The notes under the pieces: generated by a model | The model's database searches: none | What the model was told of the DNA's origin: nothing | The model's input: only the letters and a program-made list of their open reading frames with translations | Position numbers and translations under genes: made by a program | Shown here: in pieces, positions 8,949 to 18,755 of the stretch | Position numbering within the stretch: position 1 is the stretch's first letter | How the letters are laid out: each line of letters opens with the position of its first letter | DNA from: Candidatus Doudnabacteria bacterium | GTDB lineage: Bacteria > Patescibacteriota > Doudnabacteria > UBA920 | Length of the DNA stretch: 64,000 nt | Assembly (NCBI GenBank): GCA_003151625.1 | Contig: PLYC01000013.1 | Location: 93,210-157,209 of the forward strand | Direction: 5' to 3'

Positions 8949-9944
8949 CTAGTGTTTAATTATGTTAATTTTTGATTCTTTTGAGTTTGCAGTTATTTCT
9001 ACTTCGCCCCCAATGGGAAGTGTAATTTTTGGGTCTGTATGGCCAAAATCTACATTTGCTATTACAGGTATATTTTTAAAGTCAGGTTTGGATGTTATTA
9101 TTTGTTTTATTTTATTATCTGACATCTGGCTGGCTTTTTGAAACCTCCCAATAACTAAACCTCTTACTTTTCCAAAATTCGGTAGCTGAATTAACGATTG
9201 CAAATTGCGGTCAAATTCCACGGCTGAAGATTCCTTTGGTAGATCATCGTCTTCCAAGAAAAGAATACTGTCTGTTAAGTCCGGGAAGTATTCCGTACCC
9301 TGTAGCAAATTAAAGGTGCAAAGATTGCCGCCAAGAATGGTGCCGCTGGCCTTACCCTGATTTATAACCAGTTGTCCTTGGTTAGGAATAAGGGCGCGTT
9401 CATTTTGGTTTTTAAACCACAGGTCATCACTCCAATCCTTGCTGGGTTCAATTTTAAAAGGCTCGTTAGAAAATAAACATTTTTTGCAATAATCCAGCGT
9501 GTAGTCAAAATATTTTTCTTGGCCAAAAGTGGAATAATGCGGCCCGTAATAACTCACAAGCCCGGTCTTGGCAAAAATCGAGTTGTTTAAAATTGTAATG
9601 TCTGAGTACCCGCAGAGAATTTTTGGGTTGTCTTTAATCAACTGCCAATCAACATGCCTTAATAATTGGTTAGAATTATAGCCGCCAATTACTGTAAAAA
9701 TAGCCTTAACGTTCTTGTCCGCAAACGCCTGGTGTAAGTCTTCAATACGCGATTCTATTGTGGTAGAATCAAATTCGTCTTTTTCTTCAACGTTTCTGCC
9801 AAAACTAATCTTTAGCCCCAAGTCATTAAATCGGTTGTTGGCAATTTGCCTTAAGCCGCCTGAAATAATCCCCAGAGATCTTGACGGAGCTATAACCCTA
9901 ACCTCGTCCCCTGTTTTTAATTTTGAAGAGTAGATTTTATTCAT
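8949..9944 (-). CDS. S66 peptidase (LD-carboxypeptidase / MccF-like)
   Basis: IAPS, GGYNSN, GYSDIT nucleophile, GGNL, LFLED, DFGHTDP. Confidence 0.92.
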   Translation of the reverse strand: MNKIYSSKLKTGDEVRVIAPSRSLGIISGGLRQIANNRFNDLGLKISFGRNVEEKDEFDSTTIESRIEDLHQAFADKNVKAIFTVIGGYNSNQLLRHVDWQLIKDNPKILCGYSDITILNNSIFAKTGLVSYYGPHYSTFGQEKYFDYTLDYCKKCLFSNEPFKIEPSKDWSDDLWFKNQNERALIPNQGQLVINQGKASGTILGGNLCTFNLLQGTEYFPDLTDSILFLEDDDLPKESSAVEFDRNLQSLIQLPNFGKVRGLVIGRFQKASQMSDNKIKQIITSKPDFKNIPVIANVDFGHTDPKITLPIGGEVEITANSKESKINIIKH

Positions 9945-9962
9945 AATAGTTAACTAATATTG

Positions 9963-10157
9963 TTAAAATTTTTTAGCTTTTAGTCTATTATTGGCAAAAT
10001 GCAAAGTAAAAGCCGAACCTGACGGCCGGGAAATTCCAAGCCGCGTGTCCATATAAAAACAGCGCGGACAGTCTAAGAACGTGCCAATCTTGCCCCGGCT
10101 TGGCTTAAAGAGCTTGTCGGTCGCTTGATCGAATAAATAGTTTCTTTTGCTTGGCAT
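9963..10157 (-). pseudogene. Truncated 5' duplicate of the PD-(D/E)XK nuclease gene at 15434-16177
   Basis: FLDCPRCFYMDTRLGISRPSGSAFTL vs FLDCPRCFYMDRRLGISRPSGPAFTL, then similarity stops. Confidence 0.85.
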
Positions 10158-10158
10158 A

Positions 10159-10806
10159 TTAGGATGCCAATAATTTTGTTACCCAATCGTTGAAATGTGG
10201 GCAATTATTTCTAATTTCCTGCAAACCGGTTCTGGAAGCTATTAGGCTGCCAAAAAGTGGCTTTCTATAGTTTGGGAAAAGTTTTATAAGTCTTTTGCTT
10301 GGATGAGTTTCCGGACCTTGGTTTATTTCCTCGGGAGTTTTAAAGGCATCTCTTATATTTTGCACATCCTGTTTTTTATTCCGATCCAAAGTATCGGAAA
10401 TAACTTCTGGTACTGAAAAAAGCAGGCCTTCAAACTCGTGAAGTTGCAAATAAGGAATGAAGCGTTCATTATTGATGTCGTTAGCAAAAGCCTGTTCCGC
10501 CGCTTTAACTTTATCGTAGCAAGAACCTTCATTTTTCCAATTTGGAAAGTCGGCAGGCAGGCCATAAAAATCCATCATCGTGGTTACCGCGGTAACATTT
10601 GAGTCCCTGAATAATTTTTTTGCATCGCGCTTTATGGCTCCATACGAACTTACGCCGCCCTTAAAATTTGGACTATTTTTAAGTATTTTTGTATTAATTA
10701 TGGTTGGAATTAAAAACAGACCCTGCTCCTGGAAGGTAGGGTTTAAAATATCTTTTACGAACCGTTCCTCAGTTTGTCCTTCGACTAAGATAAAAATTCT
10801 TTTCAT
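10159..10806 (-). CDS. DUF4276-family (TOPRIM-like) protein
   Basis: ILVEGQTEE, MDFYGLP.DFP, LHEFEGLLFS, PEEIN.G.ETHPSKRL, CPHF..W. Confidence 0.85.
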   Translation of the reverse strand: MKRIFILVEGQTEERFVKDILNPTFQEQGLFLIPTIINTKILKNSPNFKGGVSSYGAIKRDAKKLFRDSNVTAVTTMMDFYGLPADFPNWKNEGSCYDKVKAAEQAFANDINNERFIPYLQLHEFEGLLFSVPEVISDTLDRNKKQDVQNIRDAFKTPEEINQGPETHPSKRLIKLFPNYRKPLFGSLIASRTGLQEIRNNCPHFNDWVTKLLAS

Positions 10807-10813
10807 AAGTCAG

Positions 10814-11911
10814 TTATGGCCTGCCGCCAATAATATTTTTTTCCCACATATCTCCCAGTCCATAATCTTCAAGCCAAGAACCGAGTTCGTTAGAAGTGAG
10901 TCTTCGAAAAGAAGACTGTCCGTCGCTTCTGTCCACCACAATAATAGATTCGGGTTTTAGCTGATTTATCAAAGTTACGGATTGGGTTGAAACAATAACC
11001 TGTGTTCTGGTCGCGGCGCTTTGCAAAAGATTGGCAAGCAAATTTATTGCCGCGGGATGCAAACCTAATTCAGGTTCATCAAGCAAAATTGTGGTCGGCA
11101 ATTTTTCCGCCGGTTGTAATAATAAAGTTGCCAGGCATATAAAACGCAATGTGCCGTCAGACAATGAAGCTGCATTAAAATAGCTGTCAGAATTTTTGTG
11201 CTGCCATTCCAACTGAATACTGTCCGGTTTTAAGGGCGATGTTCTTAATACGAAAGAGTTAAAAAACGGAGCAATTAATTTAACGGTGTCAGTTATATTT
11301 TTAAAATCATAAGGATATTTTTTTTCCAATAAATACAAATAAGCCGCTAAATTTGAAGCGTCCGGTTTAAAAGAAGCGTTGTCATTTATTGGCCCGGTTT
11401 TTTTTAGTAAAGCTGTGTCGCTGGTATCATGGAAATGATACAGTCTCCAACTTCTTATGCTGGCCAAAGTGCTGGCAGAAACATTTCCCGCTTCTGCCGC
11501 GAGCCCCGTTTCCTTACGGTCGGGAGAGAGTGTATTAAATTCAAACGGTTTGGTGTAATTAGGTCCTAAATAAGAACCCCCTTCTTCTTCAAAAAATAAA
11601 GAATCATCAGCCGTAGGAACCAACTTTAGCCAGTAGGAATTGGGACCAAAATCAACTTTAACTTCCAAGGCGTGAGTAGTTTTTGAACCAAAATAAAGAA
11701 GCGTGTTGGCGCCTCCAGATTTTCTGATAAGGTTTTGCATGCGGCCTTCGGCCATTTCTCCCAAAAATTTGAAGAGTGAAATAAAGTTTGATTTTCCCGC
11801 GCCATTGGAACCAATCATTACATTTAAATCGCCCAATTTAAAATTTTCCAACGACTTGATGGATTTATAGCCTTTTATTGTAATATCAGTAACCTTATTT
11901 TGGTATACCAT
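10814..11911 (-). CDS. ABC-type (AAA_21-like) ATPase
   Basis: GSNGAGKS, LSDGT, ILLDEPELGLHP, VSTQS. Confidence 0.9.
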   Translation of the reverse strand: MVYQNKVTDITIKGYKSIKSLENFKLGDLNVMIGSNGAGKSNFISLFKFLGEMAEGRMQNLIRKSGGANTLLYFGSKTTHALEVKVDFGPNSYWLKLVPTADDSLFFEEEGGSYLGPNYTKPFEFNTLSPDRKETGLAAEAGNVSASTLASIRSWRLYHFHDTSDTALLKKTGPINDNASFKPDASNLAAYLYLLEKKYPYDFKNITDTVKLIAPFFNSFVLRTSPLKPDSIQLEWQHKNSDSYFNAASLSDGTLRFICLATLLLQPAEKLPTTILLDEPELGLHPAAINLLANLLQSAATRTQVIVSTQSVTLINQLKPESIIVVDRSDGQSSFRRLTSNELGSWLEDYGLGDMWEKNIIGGRP

Positions 11912-12027
11912 AATGCTTATATTATATCATAATTTTGACTATTTCATAGGCCAACTAGAAATCACTTTGACTCACCCTTTATTTCGTCCTCTAAATCTTC
12001 AAGCGGCATAGGTTTTAACTATTTGTT

Positions 12028-12177
12028 CTATCTTCTCCGGTTGTGCTTATTCCCAAGACTAAACAAAGCCCAAACGACAGAAAGCAGGCTTAAGAAAATT
12101 GCCAGTCCTTTGTGCCCGGTTTTAAAGAGTGCGTATATTAAGCAACAAAATGCTACAAATAGTATGAAGTCTAGCAT
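12028..12177 (-). CDS. 49-aa two-TM membrane peptide (not in ORF track)
   Basis: MLDFILFVAFCCLIYALFKTGHKGLAIFLSLLSVVWALFSLGNKHNRRR. Confidence 0.5.
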   Translation of the reverse strand: MLDFILFVAFCCLIYALFKTGHKGLAIFLSLLSVVWALFSLGNKHNRRR

Positions 12178-12214
12178 GGGAGTTTAGTTATAATTTTTAT
12201 TAATAAATATAGAT

Positions 12215-12550
12215 TCATTCGCCTCTATTTTGTGTTTCGTATATCTCCCAGGCATAATCAAACGGCAGTAGTGAACATAAAAAATTGCCGTCCTTGTCCT
12301 TTGGGGTATATTCATCCACTATATCCAAAATTGCACTTTGCTCATCTTCCGAAAGTTCTCTCCCAATTAGATCCTGCAACTCAAGGAACTGTTCATCGAT
12401 AATGGCAACATTCCCTTCAATCCGCTGATCTTCATCTGTGGCTTGCTTCTGAGCAACTTTGTGCTCCACCATAAGTGTCCAAAACACATCCTCAAGAGTC
12501 ATCTTAGGAAGCATATTATCTTGTGCAAATTTTTTTGCTTTTTTCTTCAT
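12215..12550 (-). CDS. Hypothetical acidic protein
   Basis: 111-aa ORF in operon. Confidence 0.6.
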   Translation of the reverse strand: MKKKAKKFAQDNMLPKMTLEDVFWTLMVEHKVAQKQATDEDQRIEGNVAIIDEQFLELQDLIGRELSEDEQSAILDIVDEYTPKDKDGNFLCSLLPFDYAWEIYETQNRGE

Positions 12551-12561
12551 ATTTATGATTT

Positions 12562-12873
12562 TTAATTTGGCAGCCTACCTTCTTTTTCTCTGATTAGATA
12601 TGTTTCTGACTTTAAACAACGGTTTATAATACCTTCCATATGCCAGTAGGTGTAACCGTTATAGTCAAAATATACCTGCTTTGTTTGATAAAAATGGGAT
12701 TCGTAACCGAAGGTGTCGATGTGATGCGCGAGTGCCAGGAACAAATCGTTATCAACCCGCTCCTGGACAATATACTCGTGAGGCCAGGTTTTTGCGTACG
12801 TGACTGCAAAAATCCACTTTGAATTGTCTATAAATTGTTTTAACTTTTCAGAAAGTTTACCATTCTTGGTCAT
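12562..12873 (-). CDS. Hypothetical protein
   Basis: WIFAVTYAKTWPHEYIV...YTYWHM...IINR; 4-bp overlap with upstream gene. Confidence 0.65.
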   Translation of the reverse strand: MTKNGKLSEKLKQFIDNSKWIFAVTYAKTWPHEYIVQERVDNDLFLALAHHIDTFGYESHFYQTKQVYFDYNGYTYWHMEGIINRCLKSETYLIREKEGRLPN

Positions 12874-13979
12874 TCCGTCGCCTCCAAAGATTTTTTAATC
12901 CATAAACAGACTTCAAAAAATTCACGCCTGGCGTCTTCATTGGCGATAACCCGGAGAGGCAACTTTAGGCCGTTGTAGCCGTCAACATTATCCACATGTA
13001 CCGTGGCACCTTTGATTGAGCTAAGCCGTTTTAATATTTCGGAACGTTTTACCGGGTTATCAAAAGGGTATGGGCTTTTATTTCCCTGGTGGGGAGCATT
13101 CCAAGAAACATTCCCATCTCCGGTAACCGATAAAGGATAAAAACCTTTTTTACCCTCGGGATAATAACACAAGAAAAAACCGCCGCGCTGGCTCGTGGTC
13201 CATTCAATTTCTATACCATTGTCGTTTGCCCAATCAATGATCTTTTGTGCCGCTATCACTTCTTCTGCGCCAATTTCTTTCAAACGCTCTTTAAATATAT
13301 CCCAGTCCCATAATTTCTTATCACGAGTTGTTGTCTTCATGTCCTTTTTGACCTCGGCTCCAAATATTCTCGGAATAATTATCTCATACGTTTCGTGTTT
13401 ATAATACTCAAGCTCAACAGCATATATATCAAACTGGCTGTTTTGGTTAACGTAAAGTATTAAGTCCTTAAGTCTGGCATCAAGACTGTCCATCAATATG
13501 ACAAAATGAAGAGCACCGTCACTCAAATTATCGCGGACGGAATTCAGCAATTGGGCTATTTCTTCGTTAGATAGGCCAAAGTGTTCCTGAAGTTTTTGAT
13601 TCAGCGAAATCTTGAATGTTTTTTGAACATTCGCCTCAAGTATTGAGGAAAATTCACTAAAATCATTTGAGTGCTTCCAAAGAGCAGCACCATAATCCAG
13701 TGATTGAGCTACTACGGTTCGCTTATCGGGATTTTTGTACAGTTTAGTTTCAATAATATATATTTCTCCCTCTCTATCAACGCCGATTGCGTCAATTGGG
13801 CCGCTGTGCGTCGGGAACTCCCTAGCCAGGATAAGAAGCCGTATATCTTCTTTGATGTCATATAATGGGACACTGTCGGGATTATCGTAAATATATTTCT
13901 GAAGATAATCTTCTTTATCAAAAGTTGATTTTTCTATTTTTTTAGCATTTTTGCCGTTTTTAGAAATAATAATCGCCAT
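12870..13979 (-). CDS. NucS/EndoMS-like PD-(D/E)XK nuclease with C-terminal extension
   Basis: E..LQ.YI, REF...GPIDAIGVD..GEIYIIETK, VVAQSLDY. Confidence 0.75.
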   Translation of the reverse strand: MAIIISKNGKNAKKIEKSTFDKEDYLQKYIYDNPDSVPLYDIKEDIRLLILAREFPTHSGPIDAIGVDREGEIYIIETKLYKNPDKRTVVAQSLDYGAALWKHSNDFSEFSSILEANVQKTFKISLNQKLQEHFGLSNEEIAQLLNSVRDNLSDGALHFVILMDSLDARLKDLILYVNQNSQFDIYAVELEYYKHETYEIIIPRIFGAEVKKDMKTTTRDKKLWDWDIFKERLKEIGAEEVIAAQKIIDWANDNGIEIEWTTSQRGGFFLCYYPEGKKGFYPLSVTGDGNVSWNAPHQGNKSPYPFDNPVKRSEILKRLSSIKGATVHVDNVDGYNGLKLPLRVIANEDARREFFEVCLWIKKSLEATE

Positions 13980-14060
13980 AGGTTATATGTGTTAATTTCG
14001 CTTATACTATTTGTAATCTGATTAAGGCTCTTTCAATTAGTTTAAATTTTTATAGTTAGC

Positions 14061-15419
14061 TTATTCAAGAAAATCAGCTATCTTTTCTTGATTTATGATT
14101 CCATTTGCAAGAAAAAGGTCTTCTAATTGCGAATGGTCAACGCCAGCATGTGAAAGTTTATGAGCAATGATATTAAGTAAATCATTTGCTTTCATTAAAA
14201 CTACAGGGCATCGTGTTTCCTTATAAATATCTTTTATGGAGCTATCCAACGATTGGTTGTCAGAAAAGTCTGATGAGACAATCAGAAATGAAAATTTTTT
14301 AATCCGCCTTTTTTGGAGCTCTTTTTGATATTTTTTTATATATTCACTAATTTCTCTATCCCCAGTGCCAATAGAATATCCTTTTTCTCTAGCCTTTGCG
14401 TCATAAACAATGGCATAATAGTATTCAGAGTTTGCATCTGTCGAATAAGCGATGCCGTCTGGTTCTCTGCCTTTTCCTTGCCCGAGACTTTCCACTTCAT
14501 AACCCAAAATCCCAAATGCATAACCCAATTTTATTTCAAAAGCCCTTTCCGGTTTGAGATTCATTTTTTTTGACCATTCTGTTTCTTTATTTAAGGCAAG
14601 TTCTTTAAGGTCACTGATAATAGGCGGCACCCATTCTCTGACCAATTGATTAGGTTTTTGTTTAATGGGTGATTCCTTTTTGGTTTCTGCCTCTATTATT
14701 TCATCCGTTCTTATTGGCTCTTTAAATCCACCCCAAGGAGCTTGGTCATCTTCCGCATCAACTTTCCATAAATCTTTCACGCCAGACGAATATAGAAAAG
14801 ATGTTAATGTCCGTGGTGAGTATTTTATACCTAACTTTCTAAAACCAGCAATTAAATCATCGTTTGATTGGACAATCTTTTCCCCTATAGGGTCTTTTTC
14901 AAAATCCACGTGGCTTTCAAAGCCAAAGTATTCCGTGGCCTTTTTACGGTCTCTCAGCGAGATAACGCTGACACTGGAAGATGGGTTATAGGCAAAAATC
15001 ATAGCACTGACCGCGTTGCCGCGTGGTCCGGTTAAGTTGTTGTGGTTACCTTCATTTAACTTATATAGTTCATCAATTAATTTAGCTTTTTCTTCACCCA
15101 CGGTTTTGAATATTTGATCTAGTTGTTTATGCAGTTCTGGCTTATTTTTAATTTCATTAAACATCCGACGCCAAGCCCCTTGTGTGATCATAGTCCTCGC
15201 TACTGCTTCACTTTCTCTGGTATTGCCCTTCCCAGCCCTGTCCAATATTCTGATTATTCCATCCAATTCTAAATCATCCAAATCCTCTTTGGAATTGGTC
15301 ATAATCTTACCATTCCAAAAGTCCCTAAACTCCCTGCTTTGTGCTACCCATAAAGCGTCCTTAGACTCGGAGTCATAATTTTTTATAAACTCGTTAAATA
15401 ATTCTATGATTTTGTCCAT
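14061..15419 (-). CDS. Restriction endonuclease-like protein with FokI-type C-terminal cleavage domain
   Basis: FEIK..GYEVESLG....PDG...IVYDAKA...GYSIG...FLIVSSDF mirrors the FokI catalytic-domain pattern. Confidence 0.7.
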   Translation of the reverse strand: MDKIIELFNEFIKNYDSESKDALWVAQSREFRDFWNGKIMTNSKEDLDDLELDGIIRILDRAGKGNTRESEAVARTMITQGAWRRMFNEIKNKPELHKQLDQIFKTVGEEKAKLIDELYKLNEGNHNNLTGPRGNAVSAMIFAYNPSSSVSVISLRDRKKATEYFGFESHVDFEKDPIGEKIVQSNDDLIAGFRKLGIKYSPRTLTSFLYSSGVKDLWKVDAEDDQAPWGGFKEPIRTDEIIEAETKKESPIKQKPNQLVREWVPPIISDLKELALNKETEWSKKMNLKPERAFEIKLGYAFGILGYEVESLGQGKGREPDGIAYSTDANSEYYYAIVYDAKAREKGYSIGTGDREISEYIKKYQKELQKRRIKKFSFLIVSSDFSDNQSLDSSIKDIYKETRCPVVLMKANDLLNIIAHKLSHAGVDHSQLEDLFLANGIINQEKIADFLE

Positions 15420-15433
15420 TTTAGTATGCTTAA

Positions 15434-16177
15434 TTATGTAACTTCTACTAGCTGAGATTTTTTTCTATACTGGCAGAATTCGCATTCCGGGTTAGGAGCA
15501 GGGAGACTGGCTTGGTTTAAGCAATCGTGAATATTAAAAATTGTTTGCTCTACCCAGGAGTCCGAGCCGGTGTAAGGGATTAGTTTAGCGTCAAATTCCA
15601 ATACGCCATTAAAGCCTGCCCTGTCTTTCTTGCCGTTCACATAAAAAAAGTAACCGATGTTAGAAACTTTTAAACCATTTTGTCTTAACAGCCACTGGTA
15701 GACTTCCATTTGCCTGCGGTAGGAGTTATGCCACTTGGCATCCGTTAACTCTACCTCACCCTCTTTGCTGGTGGCCTTATAATCCACCACAATGTATTCT
15801 CCTTCCGAGTTTTTCCACAAATCATCAATGGCTCCAAAAATTAACATATTGGTTTTTTTGTGGAGGCACTGCACGCCGGTAAAATTATGCCGCCACTGGT
15901 CTAAAAGCTCATGAGCTACAGGCACAGCGTCCAGGCCGTAGGCTTCCATAAGCGGATGTTTGGTTCCATTGGCGCGGTAGACATCAAATTCTTTTTTCAA
16001 CAAAGCGTCCACGGCAACGTTCAAAGTAAAAGCCGGACCGGATGGTCGGGAAATTCCAAGCCGTCTGTCCATATAAAAACAGCGCGGGCAGTCTAAAAAC
16101 ATGTCAATCTTGCTCCGGCTTAGCTTAAAGGGCTTGTCGGCTTCGGGCTCGTATAGGTTGCTTCTTTTATAGGCCAT
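15434..16177 (-). CDS. PD-(D/E)XK (RecB/Cas4-like) nuclease
   Basis: CPRC, GAIDD, VVDYKAT, QMEVYQW, CEFCQY. Confidence 0.85.
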   Translation of the reverse strand: MAYKRSNLYEPEADKPFKLSRSKIDMFLDCPRCFYMDRRLGISRPSGPAFTLNVAVDALLKKEFDVYRANGTKHPLMEAYGLDAVPVAHELLDQWRHNFTGVQCLHKKTNMLIFGAIDDLWKNSEGEYIVVDYKATSKEGEVELTDAKWHNSYRRQMEVYQWLLRQNGLKVSNIGYFFYVNGKKDRAGFNGVLEFDAKLIPYTGSDSWVEQTIFNIHDCLNQASLPAPNPECEFCQYRKKSQLVEVT

Positions 16178-16185
16178 TTTAAAGT

Positions 16186-18750
16186 TTAATTTGAAAGATT
16201 TAATTTATCGCGTCTTTTCTCCAATGCTTTTTTGCCACCTTCCAAAATCTCAATAATTTCATCTCTGATTGCCGGGTTTTCAATAGCCCCTGATTCGTAA
16301 GTAAAGTTTGGATTTTTACCCGCAGTTTTATTTGAGACAACGACTTCCTCGCTGTCTCCGCAAACCACTAGATTTGCGTTATGGGATGCTATTATTATTT
16401 GCCGCTTTATTTTTTCGGCTTTTAGAAAGTCCACAATATGTTTTGAAATAGCTTTTGCATCCAAATCATCCTCTGGTTGATCCAGTAATACCGGGTAATT
16501 ATAATCGTCAAATTTAAAAATAAACTCTAATAAAGCTAGCATCTTTTCGCCATCGGACATATTGACAAACTCATCGCCATTTCGGCTTTTAATACTTTTC
16601 TGAAAGTCTACCTTAAACCTATTCCTAAATAATTCCATGAGCAAAATTTCTTCATTTTTTCCGGACTTCAAAATTAATTGACCTGTTAAAATACCCAGCG
16701 TTAGCTGTTTAAGAAGTAATGAGAATTCAATTTTTTTGTAGTCCCATTGCTCTGGCTCTCTTAGAAATGTATTTGCTTTTTCGTTTTTTGGATTTTCTTT
16801 AAAAGAAATAGAATTGTGGTAATTAATATTGTCTTCAATAAATTTTTTAAATGATTGCGTATCAAAACTAGTGGTAATGTCCACTTTTGAGAAAGCCAAG
16901 CTCCCCAGGTTTATGCTTAAACTTTTGAACTGCTCATTAAACTGGCTATACTTTTCTACAATTTTGCTAAGTCTGTCCGAGTAAGAGGCCCTTAACTTTA
17001 TAATTTCTTCGTCTGTTTCATTAATGGTTTTTAAAATTTCGGCTTTTTCTTGCAAGGTCTTTGTTAACATTAACAGCGCTTGATGTTTTTCTACCTTGGT
17101 TTGTAGAGGCTTTAACTCCGTGTCCAGTTCTTTAATTTTCTTTTTAACGTTTTCCTTTGAATTTACTAATTCCGTAATCTCTTTTTCAATAAAGTCCTTT
17201 TTAAAAACTTCGTCAGATTCTTTAAGTTTGGCCTCCATCTTTATTACATATTTTTGCGAAAATTCAAATTCCAAAATCTTGTCCGCTGAAATTACTTCTT
17301 CCTGCTTCAACATTTTAAAAGAAGCTAAGTCCTTGTCTATAATCTTAATTTCGCGTTCTTGCGCCGCCTTGTCAGAATTTATTTTTTTATAATTTTCAAG
17401 TTCCTTATTTGTGACTTCACTATTACTTTTCCTGGTCAAATTAAGGCTTGCCTCAATTTTCAAAATTTCTTTTTCCAAATCTTCCTTTTTCCCAAGTTTT
17501 TTTAATTTTTCTCCCTTTTCCCTGCCGTTATTCCTTATTGCTAGAAGTTCTCTGACAAGAGATGTTATAGACAATACGTTTTCGTCTTCAAATTTTTTGT
17601 AATTTTGTAGCGCATTTTTAAAGTTGTCTTTATTTTCAAAAAGATTTGACAAAAAGTTGTCAAAATTAACATTTTTTTCATACACCAAGTCCCCTAGGTA
17701 TTTTTGAGGAATAAAAAGAACTCCTTTATCTTCTGTTTCTTTTAAAGAACTAACTTTGCCATCTCTCCAAAATAGTTTGAAATTCTTTAACTGCAGGAAG
17801 TCGGCACCATCAACTCCTTTCAGCCTGCACTGAACTGGATCAATAGAAAAGGCAATATTTCTTAAAAGATTTGATTTCCCTGTGGCCCGACTCCCAATTA
17901 CTGAGTTTAAATTTTGATTAAAGTAAACTATTTGTTTACTACCGTCATGATTTGTGAATTCCGCTCTGTCAATAATACAATAATCGGATTTTTCCTCTGG
18001 TTTTAATTCTTGAATTTTAACCCTACATTCTGGTTCATAAATTATTTGTTTTAAACCTTCAAAAGTTGGATCGGCTTTTATCCAGCAATTTTGTTTAAGG
18101 GAGTATTTTTTGACATTATGGTTATCGGAACAAATAACCATTGGAAAAAAGCCAATCTTCTTAAAGACAGTATCCCTATAGTCGGCCTGGTCTTTCTCCT
18201 GCCCTAACTCAAAAATTTGCACTTCGCTCGCTATGTCTTTTTTCTCAGCCATTTTTACAGGCAGAGAGTTAGTAATTTTTTCTATGGAATTCGACTTCCT
18301 GCCCGCATGGATTGAGACAACGCCGCCGAGTCTTTTTATTAAGTTCGCAGTATCTTTTAAATCGCAGTAAATTTCGTTATCCTTTTGTCCTGATTGTCTT
18401 TGCGATGCAATCTTGGCTTGGGATTGTATTTCGTTCCAAATGTAATTTACATCCGAATTTTCCGGGAAAATGCCAATAAAGTGGACCGGCTCGCTCCCCC
18501 GGCTGTCTGAGCAAAATTCTATTCCTGGCAAAACAGTCAAATCATCACCGCCAGCCTTTTTTAATTTTTCAATAACCTGGGAGTCAATAATGTGATGATC
18601 GGTAATCGCAACAACTTTAATTTGTTGCTTTTTTAAGGCTTCAGCAATTTCCTCTGAAGTGTTGGCTTTATTGTCATGGTCGTAGGAGCTGGGAGTGTGA
18701 AAGTGTAGATCCCATTTTCTCCATTCGGAACCTCTAAAGTATTTTTGCAT
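16186..18750 (-). CDS. PHP phosphoesterase + ABC ATPase fusion (TrlF/Ppl-like defence protein)
   Basis: RGSEWRKWDLHFHTP, ITDH, SDNH, WIKADPTFEGLKQI; GSRATGKS, MSDGE, LLDQPEDDLD, SHN; probable start ATG 18750. Confidence 0.85.
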   Translation of the reverse strand: MQKYFRGSEWRKWDLHFHTPSSYDHDNKANTSEEIAEALKKQQIKVVAITDHHIIDSQVIEKLKKAGGDDLTVLPGIEFCSDSRGSEPVHFIGIFPENSDVNYIWNEIQSQAKIASQRQSGQKDNEIYCDLKDTANLIKRLGGVVSIHAGRKSNSIEKITNSLPVKMAEKKDIASEVQIFELGQEKDQADYRDTVFKKIGFFPMVICSDNHNVKKYSLKQNCWIKADPTFEGLKQIIYEPECRVKIQELKPEEKSDYCIIDRAEFTNHDGSKQIVYFNQNLNSVIGSRATGKSNLLRNIAFSIDPVQCRLKGVDGADFLQLKNFKLFWRDGKVSSLKETEDKGVLFIPQKYLGDLVYEKNVNFDNFLSNLFENKDNFKNALQNYKKFEDENVLSITSLVRELLAIRNNGREKGEKLKKLGKKEDLEKEILKIEASLNLTRKSNSEVTNKELENYKKINSDKAAQEREIKIIDKDLASFKMLKQEEVISADKILEFEFSQKYVIKMEAKLKESDEVFKKDFIEKEITELVNSKENVKKKIKELDTELKPLQTKVEKHQALLMLTKTLQEKAEILKTINETDEEIIKLRASYSDRLSKIVEKYSQFNEQFKSLSINLGSLAFSKVDITTSFDTQSFKKFIEDNINYHNSISFKENPKNEKANTFLREPEQWDYKKIEFSLLLKQLTLGILTGQLILKSGKNEEILLMELFRNRFKVDFQKSIKSRNGDEFVNMSDGEKMLALLEFIFKFDDYNYPVLLDQPEDDLDAKAISKHIVDFLKAEKIKRQIIIASHNANLVVCGDSEEVVVSNKTAGKNPNFTYESGAIENPAIRDEIIEILEGGKKALEKRRDKLNLSN

Positions 18751-18755
18751 AGTTT

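Noticed and set aside
15434-16177. Cas4 / CRISPR-Cas locus (also the Cas2-like gene at 48563)
   Set aside because: No repeat-spacer array and no cas1 or effector genes in the window.
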